Positions 21,007-31,548 of a stretch of 64,000 bases of DNA are shown piece after piece; the stretch's first letter is position 1, and every line of letters starts with the position of its first letter. A model generated the notes under the pieces. The model was not told the origin of the DNA and did no database searches. It saw only the letters and a list, made by a program, of their open reading frames with translations. Source of the DNA: Holosporaceae bacterium (lineage in GTDB: Bacteria; Pseudomonadota; Alphaproteobacteria; UBA7879; UBA5542); assembly GCA_022646525.1 (NCBI GenBank), contig CP060261.1, positions 664,452-728,451 on the forward strand. Reading direction: 5' to 3'. Both the position numbers and the translations under genes were made by a program.

Positions 21007-21390
21007 GTGCGAACCCATGCTTTGCCCCATCTGAAAAGCCTTGACGTTAAATGTGATTTGCCGGCCGATGATCGTGCGTGGCAAGCATTGACAGGATTGG
21101 TGACTGTGCTGCCACCAAAAGTGGACAAGGTATGGTTTGGGCGCGGGTCTTGGCTTGATCAAACGCCTTGGCAAGAGGCGTTTCATGATGCGGCAGATCG
21201 ATTGACAGAGTTGATGGCTGTCCAGCATCCAGAGATGGCTTTGAAGTTTGGTTCGCCCAATGACTTAACCGAAGAAGCCATTGACCCAGAAGAGGTGCGT
21301 ACAGCACATCTTAATATTTTTATAAAACCACGATGCAAAAGCCCCCCTTTGTGGGGGGTTTTTTATGGAGGAAGCACCCTATTTAAATAA
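21007..21390 (+). CDS. Hypothetical protein (last piece of the chain)
   Basis: The ORF reads through the terminator at 21340, so its true end is probably earlier or in another frame. Confidence 0.35.
   Translation: MRTHALPHLKSLDVKCDLPADDRAWQALTGLVTVLPPKVDKVWFGRGSWLDQTPWQEAFHDAADRLTELMAVQHPEMALKFGSPNDLTEEAIDPEEVRTAHLNIFIKPRCKSPPLWGVFYGGSTLFK
21340..21365 (+). terminator. Rho-independent terminator
   Basis: cccccc-tttgt-gggggg followed by tttttt. Confidence 0.55.
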
Positions 21391-21415
21391 ACATAAAGAA
21401 GACAGAGGTTATAAA

Positions 21416-22170
21416 ATGAAAAAACAAGAAATACAGGAAAAATCGCGTGTAAAAAGAGAATGTTGCGGGTGCGGCGTGGGATTGGGGCGTGTTGGCGCGC
21501 GAAAAAAAACAACGCTTGCCTGTGGGCGACTGGACGGTGTGGTTGATTTTGGCGGGCCGGGGTTTGGTAAAACCCGAACGGGGGCCGAGACGGTGCGGGC
21601 CTGGGTGGCGTCGGGCAATGCCGGTCGATCGCCTTGGTGGCCGACACCGAAGACGAAGCCCGCCGTGTGATGATTGAAGGGCAGAGGGGGTTGCTGAATA
21701 TTGGCCCCAAAACAGCGCCCCCGGTATACCATTTGTAGGGGCGAGCTTTTGTGGTCATCGGGCGCCAAAGCCATGATTTACACGGCCGAAAGCTTTGATA
21801 AATTGCGGGCGGCCAGTTTGATGGGGCCTGGGTGGATGAATTAGCCAAATTTCGCCGCGCCCAAAAAGTGTGGGACCAGCTGATGTTTGGCCTGGTGCGC
21901 TTGGGGGCCACCCCCAGGTGGTGGTGACCACAACACCCCGGCCGTTGCCCTTGATTGAAACCTTGCTGAAAGATGCCCATACCCATGTGACGCGTGGGTC
22001 GACGTATGAAAACAAACAAAACCTCGCGCCCGTGTTTTTAGACCGCATCTTAAAGGCGTATGAAGGCACACGATTGGTGCACAAGAAATTCATGCAGAGT
22101 TGTTGTTAGACCGCCCCGGGGCTTTGTGGACAGCAGATTTAATTCGATATGGATTGCCGAAAGGCAGGCA
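21416..22170 (+). pseudogene. GTA/phage-type terminase large subunit, N-terminal part, frameshifted
   Basis: Pieces in several frames: WLILAGRGFGKTRTGAETVRAWVASGNAGR (Walker-A-like), IALVADTEDEARRVMIEG, GGQFDGAWVDELAKF, VVTTTPRPLPLIETLL, TRGSTYENKQNLAPVFLDRILKAYEGTRL, ELLLDRPGALWTADLIRYGL. Confidence 0.7.
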
Positions 22171-22308
22171 GGATAAAGAGATAAGGTGTGAATAAGGGCA
22201 ACGTTTGATCTCTTCTCTGCATTTTTCGAATACAGAATGAAAGCCGTAGACGACGTAAGAATTAATTTTCTAGAGTTGTGAGTAAGATTAACAGTGAGAG
22301 AATTAATA

Positions 22309-23034
22309 ATGAATACAAAATTTCTAAAATGGGCTTTGCCTGCATTTGCATTAACAGTTGCTGGATCACAGCCTGTTGAAGCCAAAATTCCTGGAAAACG
22401 TCTTTTGGGGGGCGTGTTGGATATCAAAGTATGGGGCTGAAAGGAAAAAAATATGTGGGCGGCTCTTTGTTGGCAGGTGCGCCTCCTTCAGGAATACGCC
22501 GTAAATAATCATTATAGCGGTGCTGCAGGTGACTTATTTGTAAGTCACGATATCGTGCCATCTTCTTTTTCTGTTGGTATAGAGGGCTATGTTGGCAGCA
22601 GCACTGTTGAGACAGGGCGTATTATTCACACGCCTGTTGCCGGGGTTCTTGATATGCATACGACGATCGATAAAGATTATACGGTTGGTGCGCGTTTAAA
22701 GTTAGGCCATTATCTATGGAGCGATGTTGCTATATGCGTCGTTGGGTGTGGAAAACACACGTTTTAAGGTGAAGCATATTTATGCATCTTTTCCCCAACG
22801 GCGCCGCAGGTAAATGGATCAAGTAAGTCGTATCATTTGTGGGGGGTGGTGCCCGGTGTGGGCATGCAATTAAACATGCATAATGATTGGCGATGTCAAA
22901 TTGACGCAACTTATGCCATGTATGATTTATCACGTGAAGTTTCAGGTAGTGCCAACATTGCATCTTACAGTTATCACCTGCATATGCGCCCAAGAGTATT
23001 TGGGTTGACGATTGGGTTTTCTCGTTTCTTCTAG
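22309..23034 (+). pseudogene. Outer-membrane beta-barrel paralog, frameshifted copy
   Basis: Starts MNTKFLKWALPAFALTVAGSQPVEAKIPGK, nearly identical to the start of 23259..24014, then stops. It continues in ORFs 22453..22767 and 22837..23034, which end VFGLTIGFSRFF. Confidence 0.75.
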
Positions 23035-23258
23035 TGGTTGACTTTGTCGGTTTCTATTTGTTGAGGTTGTATCTGGTTTTTGTAGAACGAGAACCTAAAA
23101 GCCTTTAAAGAAAACGAAAAAGCAGGGTGTAATAGAAAAAATTATATGATTAAACCAATATCAAAGATAAAAACCCGTAAGAAATAATATTAAGGGTATA
23201 GACGTCAGAAGTTTGATTTGATAGTCTTAAGCATAAGTTAACAGTTGGAGTGTCAATA

Positions 23259-24014
23259 ATGAATACAAAATTTCTAAAATGGGCCTTGCCTGCTTTTGCA
23301 TTAACGGTGGCTGGGTCACAGTCTGTTGAAGCAAAGATTCCTGGAAAAACGTCTTACGGGGCACGTCTTGGTTTTCAAAATATGAGTTTAAATGGTAAAG
23401 GGATTGCAGGAGGGACAGGTGGTGTAGGTGTGTTTACTAGGCCTATTCATACCATGGGCAGTAACTATGGTGGTGCATCAGGTGATTTGTTTTTGAGTCA
23501 TGATGTCGCATTCCGTGACGATCTTTGCTTTGGTGTTGAAGGATATGTGGGGGGCAGTAATACAGATACAGGCCGTATCACCCATGAATTTGGTGCAGCT
23601 AACCGACATTCAATTTCCCATACTACGGTTAAAAAAGACTATACCTTTGGGGGCCGCTTGAAACTGGGCCACTATTTGAAAAACGATGTCTTATTGTATG
23701 CGTCATTAGGCGTTGAAAACACACGCTTTAAAATTGACCATGCTTATGCATCGGGTGTAAACACAAATGCTACGGGTGGCGCTATTGCTGATGGATCAAC
23801 CTCTTCTCATAGCTTGTGGGCATGGGTGCCTGGTGTAGGTGTAAAGTGGAATATTCGTAAAAACTGGTGCTGTCAACTTGAGGCTACCTATGCCATGTAT
23901 GATTCATTGTCACGTGAAGTATCTGGCAGCCGACAAATAGGAACATACAACTATAAGTTGAATATACGCCCATCTGTGCTTGGCTTAACCGTTGGGTTCT
24001 CTCGACCCTTCTAA
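23259..24014 (+). CDS. Outer-membrane beta-barrel protein (intact paralog)
   Basis: MNTKFLKWALPAFALTVAGSQSVEA signal peptide and C-terminal VLGLTVGFSRPF. The ORF track starts 9 nt upstream at a GTG. Confidence 0.75.
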   Translation: MNTKFLKWALPAFALTVAGSQSVEAKIPGKTSYGARLGFQNMSLNGKGIAGGTGGVGVFTRPIHTMGSNYGGASGDLFLSHDVAFRDDLCFGVEGYVGGSNTDTGRITHEFGAANRHSISHTTVKKDYTFGGRLKLGHYLKNDVLLYASLGVENTRFKIDHAYASGVNTNATGGAIADGSTSSHSLWAWVPGVGVKWNIRKNWCCQLEATYAMYDSLSREVSGSRQIGTYNYKLNIRPSVLGLTVGFSRPF

Positions 24015-24048
24015 TTTATTTGTACACTCTTAGTAAATTTTGTTTATG

Positions 24049-24074
24049 CACCTCCCTTTGGGGGGTGTTTTTTT
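24049..24074 (+). terminator. Rho-independent terminator after the OMP gene
   Basis: cacctccc-ttt-ggggggtg followed by ttttttt. Confidence 0.55.
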
Positions 24075-24164
24075 GCAAAAATAGAGGTTTGTTTTATTTG
24101 AACTTTCTATGATATAAATAAGTATAAACAAATAATAATAAATAAATATTTTAGAGTTAATAAT

Positions 24165-24404
24165 ATGAAAATAAAAATAATTGCATTTTATTTTTTATTT
24201 TTAAATGTTTGTTACTGCGCTGATGGAGAGCGAACATTTGAAAGTAAAGAAGGGCCCACTTTACACCGCGTGCATCAACAAGAAGAAGAAAGATTAAAAA
24301 GGCGGCCCCAGGCATTTTGGGCGGCCTTTACCCCCCCATATGGACCGTATTCGTCAATGGGGCGAAATAACAGCGCGCAAAGCGCGCCAAAGATCCCCAA
24401 GTAG
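24165..24404 (+). CDS. Small secreted hypothetical protein
   Basis: Signal-like MKIKIIAFYFLFLNVCYCA. Confidence 0.35.
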   Translation: MKIKIIAFYFLFLNVCYCADGERTFESKEGPTLHRVHQQEEERLKRRPQAFWAAFTPPYGPYSSMGRNNSAQSAPKIPK

Positions 24405-24436
24405 AGACCACCATTTTAACCCGTCGTTGCCGTGAC

Positions 24437-25500
24437 TTGTATCGCCCTGTTGATTTTGAGGCGTGGTTGGCAGTGCGTTTTCCGAAAGATAAATGTAATC
24501 TTTGGATGGCCAAAGAAGATGGCCATGTGCTGTTCCCCAGAAATGATACGGGTGTACAGAGGCGCTTTAATGAAGATATGGCCCGACTTGCTGATGAGAT
24601 GATGGGAAAATGCCGTCGGATAACAAGTGCTTTTGGGAGAAATGGGGTTGGCGCTAGAGATGCGGCGGCCCCTCGACTTAGCCCGTAAAAGGGGGGATGC
24701 GTTGTTGCAAAAACTTATGGAAGCCCTAGATACCCTGGATGAAGACGCTGTTTTAGCCGTGTTTCAGCCTTTAGGGGATGAGTTGGCCTATCAACGCTAT
24801 GACGTTTATAAAGCCGGGCGTACCTTGAAGAAGATTCAAGACCGGATGGCAGCCTCTGATACGGGATTTTACAAGCCAATGTGCGTGCCCAAATGAAAAG
24901 AATTGCTGAGGGGCCGCATTGGGCACATGATGCGCCACAAGCTGCGCTTTTACAAAGAAGCTTTGCTGTTTTTCTATAAGGGTGACCTAGATGCGTTTAA
25001 CGCCAGAAAAGGCGGGATTGATGATTTGTGGGCCCATTTATCAAACTATCAAGCTGCCTTTTGCAAAGATGCGCGTTGTGCATGAAGGGGATGATATGGG
25101 AGAAGGGTCAGGCATGACGCTCTATGGCTTTATGCATGAATATCAAAAAACTATATTGCGAGGAACGTGCAAAAAGCAAAAAGCACTTCTGGAAGAAATT
25201 CAAGAGAAGCGTGCAGAGATGCCCTGCGGGGAAACAATGGTATTTAAGCAGTTGGCAGACCCGGTGGCGACCTTTGATTTGATAAAGACTTTAAAGAGGC
25301 TGAAAAAGCGGCGCACCGCCGCATTCACCACATTGTGGGCCTTGAAAAAAAGTTGGCAGACAAAACGGGCAGCCTCACAGTAACAGACTTGGAGCAAAAG
25401 ACAGAAGAAGCCAAGAAGGCAAGCCATGCCTATGCCCAGGCCTATGAAGCCATGGTTGCTGCCTATGATTATTATCTGAACGGGCCCTGGCCACGTTGAG
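24437..25500 (+). pseudogene. Hypothetical gene spread over at least 4 frames
   Basis: Collinear ORFs 24437..24688, 24627..24896, 24903..25085 and 24991..25383, plus a tail ending ...AYDYYLNGPWPR just before a terminator. Confidence 0.3.
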
Positions 25501-25538
25501 TTTGACAGATTCATAATTAAAAAATGCTACACACACAT

Positions 25539-25563
25539 GGGGGGGCAGATGTCCCCTTTTTTT
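25539..25563 (+). terminator. Rho-independent terminator
   Basis: ggggggg-cagatgt-cccc followed by ttttttt. Confidence 0.5.
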
Positions 25564-25642
25564 ATGGGAGGAATACGAATGACTGAAACACAAGACCAAA
25601 GAAAACAAGATACAGAAAAAAACAGAGAAAAAATATCCACTG

Positions 25643-26113
25643 ATGCGCCGCATTGTGATTGGCGTTGACCCATAATGTGACCCACCAAAGCACCAGCGAT
25701 GAAACGGGCATTATTGTGGCCGGCGTGGGGTGGATGAAAACTATTACGTGTTAGACGACTTGAGCGGGCGCCTGCGCCCTGTGGAATGGGCGGCACGGGT
25801 GGTGAAAGCGTATCATACCTATCAGGCCGAACGCGTGGTGGCTGAAGTGAACCAAGGGGGCGATATGGTGGAAAGCACGCTGCGTGTGATGGACCCACGG
25901 ATCAGTTATAAGGGCGTGCGGGCCAGTAAAGGAAAAAATGGTGCGGGCCGAGCCTGTAGCCGCACTGTATGAACAGGGCCGGGTGTTTCACCGGCAATGC
26001 TTTTAGACCTTGAAAAACAAATGTGCGCCTTTACGGGCGACCCTAAAGACGGCACATCGCCCGACCGCCTTGATGCTTTGGTATGGGCTTTGTCTGAGTT
26101 AAGGGCTATCTGA
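25643..26113 (+). pseudogene. GTA/phage-type terminase large subunit, C-terminal (nuclease) part, frameshifted
   Basis: RIVIGVDP, STSDETGIIVAGVG, DENYYVLDDLSGRLRPVEWAARVVKAYHTYQAERVVAEVNQGGDMV, AEPVAALYEQGRVFH and SPDRLDALVWALSEL, in several frames. Confidence 0.7.
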
Positions 26114-26348
26114 TCGGCCCCGGGCGCGCCCCATTTGTGGATTGCAGCCATATAGTTTTGCCCACCACCTTTTCTTTTTTTGAAAGTGAATTAACATTAA
26201 AGAGGTAGGAGTTCACATGAAAATTTTCTTGTTATGTATCAGGGTGTTGGGCGTTGTTTTTCAAGGAGCAGCGTTTCCACGTTTAGCTTCGTGGGCACCA
26301 GATGCTTTTTCGCTATCGCGCAGGGGTGTGTAAACAAAACTAACACCG

Positions 26349-26789
26349 GTGGTGCGTGCACCGACCAAGCGCAACAATATGAAAGTGTGTTTGACGGTGG
26401 CGATGGAGTCTTTGTCGCGTGATAATTCGATTTTATCACGAAACTTTAAACCCCTTTATGATAACAACAACAAACGTACTAAATCATACGACCGGGCTTT
26501 GCGCCATGTGATTCAGTATACCATTGCTCGGCGCCTGAAAATGGCTTATTTGGGCGCATTGCCTTTCTACAGCCCGCGTAAGATTCAAGATGGTGGGCGC
26601 GCGCAAGGTGATTTTACCTTGGGTGTGCACCAAATGTGCCATTATTCAGATACATTAAAAGAGGGGGGTAGCGGCGAAGAAATTAAGCGTGTGATTCATG
26701 GCCTTTCGCACATGGATTTTTATGGCGCCTTTGATGCGTATCGTGACGTGATTTTGAAGGGATTGCCCTGCAAAAGAAGCCAGAGGTGA
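26349..26789 (+). CDS. Hypothetical protein
   Basis: ORF only; same-strand ORFs follow at 26786..27016 and 26934..27167. Confidence 0.3.
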   Translation: MVRAPTKRNNMKVCLTVAMESLSRDNSILSRNFKPLYDNNNKRTKSYDRALRHVIQYTIARRLKMAYLGALPFYSPRKIQDGGRAQGDFTLGVHQMCHYSDTLKEGGSGEEIKRVIHGLSHMDFYGAFDAYRDVILKGLPCKRSQR

Positions 26790-27390
26790 AGAAGGCCCTG
26801 AACCAACTGCGCCGGAATCGGGTGCGGTGGATTGAAACTTTGAATTATTTAATAAGTTTGCGCCGCCATCTAGAAGGCAAAGCTGAACGCCATACCCCAT
26901 CGATGCAAATGTGCTTTAATCAGCTGACAAAAGATGCCACTTGGATTCAAAGTTATGCTGCCATTAAAATTGCCGTCCTTCAAACCCGCGGTGTCAAAAA
27001 ATGCACGGCGGTGTAAGGTTGAATTTGAAACCATGAATCGCATTGCCTCAACCGTGCAAAGCATGGTGGACATTAACCGTGTATGCCCTTTGAATAGCGT
27101 GCGGACGGGGGGTGAAACAGCGATGACAGGCACCATCCTGCCCATGCCTTGTTGGCGGGCGCGGTGAAGCAAGAGCGTTTGCACACGCGTCGCTAATATC
27201 TATTTCTTAATATTGAATCGCTTTCTATAAGTGTATTAAGGGTGCCCCGTGGCAGCCTTTATGCGCATGCTTTTTGTGGAGAGACCTGGGGGGGCATTCT
27301 CTCTTTTTTTTCAGCGTTGATATTTTTCATTTTAAAGACGCTGTGCTGTTTTATGATATAAATAAAATATAATTATAACAATAACTTAGG

Positions 27391-28047
27391 GTGTGCAGGG
27401 TGTGGTTTCTTTTCGGAATTATTGTGGTGAGTGTGGCATCGCTTTGGGGGACACCACACCTTTTAAGAAGTGCGCCGGAGGAGCAGGCTAAACAGCGTGT
27501 GTCGACGATAGACCGTATTTCGCGGTTGTTTTTATTGCGGCGTCGGGCTTCTAAGGCACCGGTTACAGAAGCGCCATGGTCGGTGCCGGTGGTGCGGCGA
27601 AACCCCCTGTATGGGGTGCATGAAGCTGACCTGGGGGCAGGGCAGCGGCGATTCTCGGCGGATATAGACGACAGGCCTGTAAGCTTTATAGGCGAAGATG
27701 ATGATATTCGTAGCGATCCGAAAACAATGCATGCTGCGCGTCTTGACGTAGAAGAGGCACCTCTTGATGTGCCCGAAGAAAGGCACCGAGAAGGAAACGA
27801 AACCCCTTACGGATTTGGTTCGCTTGAAGATTTGCGCCATGTGGGTGACAGGCCAGCAGACTTAGAGGAAGATCGGGAGGAAGACCTAGAAGAAAGCCAG
27901 GAAGAAGAGGAGGTTCTTGGATTTGGAGATTTGCATCCTGCTACAGATGAGGGCGTAGATGCCAGTGCGGCGGGAAAAAGCCCCACACAAGGCACCCTGC
28001 AGATAGACTTCCCCAAGCAGAGGGTGTGCAGCAAACAGCGCCGATAG
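27391..28047 (+). CDS. Secreted acidic hypothetical protein
   Basis: N-terminal hydrophobic VWFLFGIIVVSVASLWG; a strongly acidic stretch EEDREEDLEESQEEEE. Confidence 0.5.
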   Translation: MCRVWFLFGIIVVSVASLWGTPHLLRSAPEEQAKQRVSTIDRISRLFLLRRRASKAPVTEAPWSVPVVRRNPLYGVHEADLGAGQRRFSADIDDRPVSFIGEDDDIRSDPKTMHAARLDVEEAPLDVPEERHREGNETPYGFGSLEDLRHVGDRPADLEEDREEDLEESQEEEEVLGFGDLHPATDEGVDASAAGKSPTQGTLQIDFPKQRVCSKQRR

Positions 28048-28096
28048 AGGCGCGTGCATCGTTGCCACATCCCCAAAAACAGGGGCGTGCGCGACA

Positions 28097-28699
28097 ATGA
28101 TGCCCCCTTCAAGGCCGGGGATGAAGAAGAAATTCTTGAGGAAAGTACACGAACCCACCTATGACCACGCTTCATATTCATTCGGGGAATATCGGCCTTT
28201 TTTAGATGGCGTGCCGACGGTGCGTCAATTGGTGGGGCTTTTTGTTGAAATGCCCCTGAGCCATTTATCAGATATTGAATGGAAAAACTTTAAACAGATT
28301 TTTAAGGGGTTTCGGTTTGATATGTTGTCGGAAATTGTGTTTGCCTTTCAAGGGGCCAATGCGCGGATTTTAAGCTTGCTGTTAGAGGTATTACCAGACC
28401 ATATTCCCATGAAACGCTTGGCCCTGATTGAAAGCCGGGTGGATGGCCATAATCAGGTGCATTTTGCCGATTTAATGAGCCGTGCACAGGCGCCTTTTCA
28501 CCTTTCATTTATTTATCGTGGGGGGCGTGTGCCCGAAGTGCTAGGGCTGATGGGCAGCCTTCAGTCTGATACCCAAGAAAAAGTAAAAGCCGTTGAGTGG
28601 CGAGATGATCAAACAAACCCCATGGCCTTTCGGCACCTGAGGTCTATGTTGATGTCTTTTAATGAAAGAATGGGAAGTGTCGTGCAGACCAGTTTTTAA
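28097..28699 (+). CDS. Hypothetical protein (possibly the continuation of 27391..28047)
   Basis: Same strand, 50-nt gap, no signal peptide of its own. Confidence 0.45.
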   Translation: MMPPSRPGMKKKFLRKVHEPTYDHASYSFGEYRPFLDGVPTVRQLVGLFVEMPLSHLSDIEWKNFKQIFKGFRFDMLSEIVFAFQGANARILSLLLEVLPDHIPMKRLALIESRVDGHNQVHFADLMSRAQAPFHLSFIYRGGRVPEVLGLMGSLQSDTQEKVKAVEWRDDQTNPMAFRHLRSMLMSFNERMGSVVQTSF

Positions 28700-28737
28700 A
28701 CGAGGGTGCAGAGCTGCTGACATCTTCGCTATCATCG

Positions 28738-29343
28738 TTATGTGCTCTTAGATAAATTATCGACGCTGGTTGCGAGCGTAAACAAACCTTCTTTAAGAGC
28801 CTGGAAGTTGTCAAGGGAGTCAGCTCCATCATCAGACTCTGAGTAGTCACTTTCAAGGCTGGTTGTGCTTGACCCGTGCTTTACCCTTGTCGTAGAGATC
28901 AAAAGGCCTGCCATGGCTTCTTTTGCTTGCCCTAAGGCTTTTCGTTCAATGCTCTCTTCGTATACTTCTAGTGTCTGTTGAAAGTTTTCCAAGGCTTCTT
29001 CCTTGTCTTCATCTGTTTCAAAATCTTCGGGCATAATGGGGGCGCGGAATTGTGCATAAAGTTGTTGTTTGACAAGGGATGCCCAGTATGTCTCGATTTC
29101 AGCAAACACTTTTTGTTTTGGGGTTTGTGGGGCAGCAGAGGCATCGTCATAATCATCGTCAGATGCGTCTTCTTCAGGTGTACAAAGGGGAGAGTCTTTG
29201 AACTGTGTTGACCACATTTCCCACTTTGCCGTGGCTTCGGTGTGGTGGATAGTTTTGCGTACCCGGGCAGAAGTTGGGCGTTCGGGCCTTTCATTGCCTG
29301 TAGCGGCGTGGGCTGTGGCCAGTGTAAGTAGGCAGGCGCCCAC
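28738..29343 (-). CDS. Secreted acidic hypothetical protein
   Basis: Truncated signal-like start GACLLTLATAHA. Upstream lie an 11-nt homopolymer (29349-29359) and an out-of-frame ATG (MNPL...). Acidic patches DASDDDYDD and SDYSESDDGAD. Confidence 0.5.
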   Translation of the reverse strand: MGACLLTLATAHAATGNERPERPTSARVRKTIHHTEATAKWEMWSTQFKDSPLCTPEEDASDDDYDDASAAPQTPKQKVFAEIETYWASLVKQQLYAQFRAPIMPEDFETDEDKEEALENFQQTLEVYEESIERKALGQAKEAMAGLLISTTRVKHGSSTTSLESDYSESDDGADSLDNFQALKEGLFTLATSVDNLSKST

Positions 29344-29600
29344 GATAGAAAAAAAAAAATAGGTTTATTAAAGAGGGTTCATCTGAGTTACTCCATCAAT
29401 TTTATTATATGTTTATGTGTGAAGAGGGGCCCAACGCCCTGTTCACTTTGACGCCACCCTAGTTATTTTTTATCACCCAAGCAAGGGCGACCTGCGCATA
29501 GGTGGCATTTGTTTGTTATTCATGAAGATTGTTGGTTTTGATGATGCTTAAAACAGGCCCTTTAAAGCGCATCTGTTTTTTTTACAATAAATGGTTTCTG

Positions 29601-30659
29601 TTACATGGGTGCGGCGGCGGGTTGTGCAGGTAAAGCTCCTGTGCGTAAGAACGTCAGATAGTAGGGGCCATAGGCTATTGTCGTCATAAGTTGGAAGACA
29701 TCACGCAGGGCTCTTTCGGCAAACGAACGAAAGGCGGGCGAGGTATGTGCTGGCAATATTTGCAGCGTTTGTTCAATCACAGGGGGGTAGCGCCTCGGGC
29801 TCTCTATCAAGAGGCGTAGACCATGTGTTTATATGCGACAGTGCTTGGGCTTCAGGATTCGCTTCTTCAAAATTTATGTCGACGAGAAAATGTTGTGAGG
29901 AACCATCGCTATCTTCGCCATCGCTATCTTCGCCATTATCGGCTACGTCAAGTTCTTCTTCTTCTTGTGCAGGGGGCGGGGGGCATATCGCCGCCATTCA
30001 TCCCACTTTGGCCGGGTTCTTCGGGGGCCAGTATTCCTTCCAACGTCCATGGGCATGCCGTCATTTTCTTCCTCCTCTATGCCGAAGACGGCTTTTAGCG
30101 CTTCTGTTAAGGCGTTTCTGGCGTGATATTGCTGTTCAAACCATGTGCGGAGTGTATCTTGAAACCAAGTTCTGTAGTTGGCTTCGCTGTTCAAGGTTAA
30201 TGGACCATGCGCTTGGGTGCAGTCGGTGACTAGATTTTCAAAAAAAGTGGGCAACTGCGTGTTGGTTATTTCAAGGGCAGCTGCTAAAATGCGTTCCATG
30301 GCTGTTGCATTCCTGTATGAATCAATATCATTGGCAAAATTGGGACACACTTGTTTTAAGGCTAATGATCGCTGTGTATATGGGAACTGAAGGAGAGATT
30401 CGACAAAAAATTGGATGTTTTCAGGCAAGATTGATAAATCGTACCCTTCAGGCACAGCGCCTCCTAATGCCAATGTTTTGATAACAAGGTCTAATTGTTC
30501 TCTTCCTAATGCATTTAAGTCGATCTGAAAAGAGACCACGGGCTGATGTTGGGGCACATCGTCTTCTTGTAGCCCCTCATGTGCGTTATTGTCGCGAAGG
30601 CTGTGGGCATTCAGAAAAACAGTGCAAGCAACAAGTGCTAAAAAGAAACAGTTACGCAT
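29601..30659 (-). pseudogene. Secreted hypothetical protein in 3 frames
   Basis: Signal peptide MRNCFFLALVACTVFLNAHS (29943..30659), continued by 29773..29997 (acidic EEEELDVADNGEDSDGEDSDG) and 29601..29810. Confidence 0.5.
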
Positions 30660-30813
30660 GGATGACTCCTTATTTTGGGTGATTTCAAGTTTTGATCAGC
30701 ATATAAATATCATGTATCTGAGCCTAGATAAGCTGCAGGGTGAAATAAAAGTAATGAATGTATATATCACGTAATGCGCTGTTTTTCAACAGTTCTTTTT
30801 TAGATCGAAGTGG

Positions 30814-31548
30814 TTACGGATGGGGGTGTAAATGGGCCCGCACGACCAGTGCTTTTGGAATAAAGAAAAGCCTGTAGAGAGTTTGATGGGCGCGTGTGAG
30901 GGGCCCTGCCATTGTGGGGAAATCTGCCGCGATGTTGGGGTCGATGATTATATCGTTTGTGGGCTGAAACCACCCTTCAACAATACACGCAGCACTTTCT
31001 AAGGGAGATTCATACAAAGGATCGGCCCCTATGGCGCGGGCCTGGGCATTAATTTTTGTAAGCAACCCTTGCACCTGTGTACATCCCACCGTGGCCAGCA
31101 CCGTTTGTGCGTGGGAGAGGCGATCTGGGCTGACTTCTGTTGTTTGCATCGAGCAGTAAAGATCAGCCCTAAACAGGTTGCCTGTCTCAACCATAAAACG
31201 CTGTGCCTCAGGTACATACCCTGTTAATAGGGTGGCGGGCACTGCGCTAAGGCCTTCAGTAGATAGATCGGGCACAGATTGCTTTGCACGTTGAAGTTGG
31301 GGTGTGTGCGCAAAATGTTGCATCAGGGCAATTTGTAAAGGGGGCGTTAAATCAGCAAAGTTCGTAGGGAGGGATGTGTCTGCTTGATACCGTGCCAGAA
31401 GGGTGCGCTCTACTGTGCTTAGATACACAATATGTGCGGCGGGCGGCGGGGCAAGCGCATCTATCTCTGTGATAGCAGGAGAATTTTTTTTAAATGAAAA
31501 TGCAGCGCATACAACGCTTAATGAAAGAAAAAGAGCCGAAAAAAACAT
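30814..31548 (-). CDS. Secreted hypothetical protein
   Basis: Signal peptide MFFSALFLSLSVVCAAFS. Confidence 0.55.
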   Translation of the reverse strand: MFFSALFLSLSVVCAAFSFKKNSPAITEIDALAPPPAAHIVYLSTVERTLLARYQADTSLPTNFADLTPPLQIALMQHFAHTPQLQRAKQSVPDLSTEGLSAVPATLLTGYVPEAQRFMVETGNLFRADLYCSMQTTEVSPDRLSHAQTVLATVGCTQVQGLLTKINAQARAIGADPLYESPLESAACIVEGWFQPTNDIIIDPNIAADFPTMAGPLTRAHQTLYRLFFIPKALVVRAHLHPHP

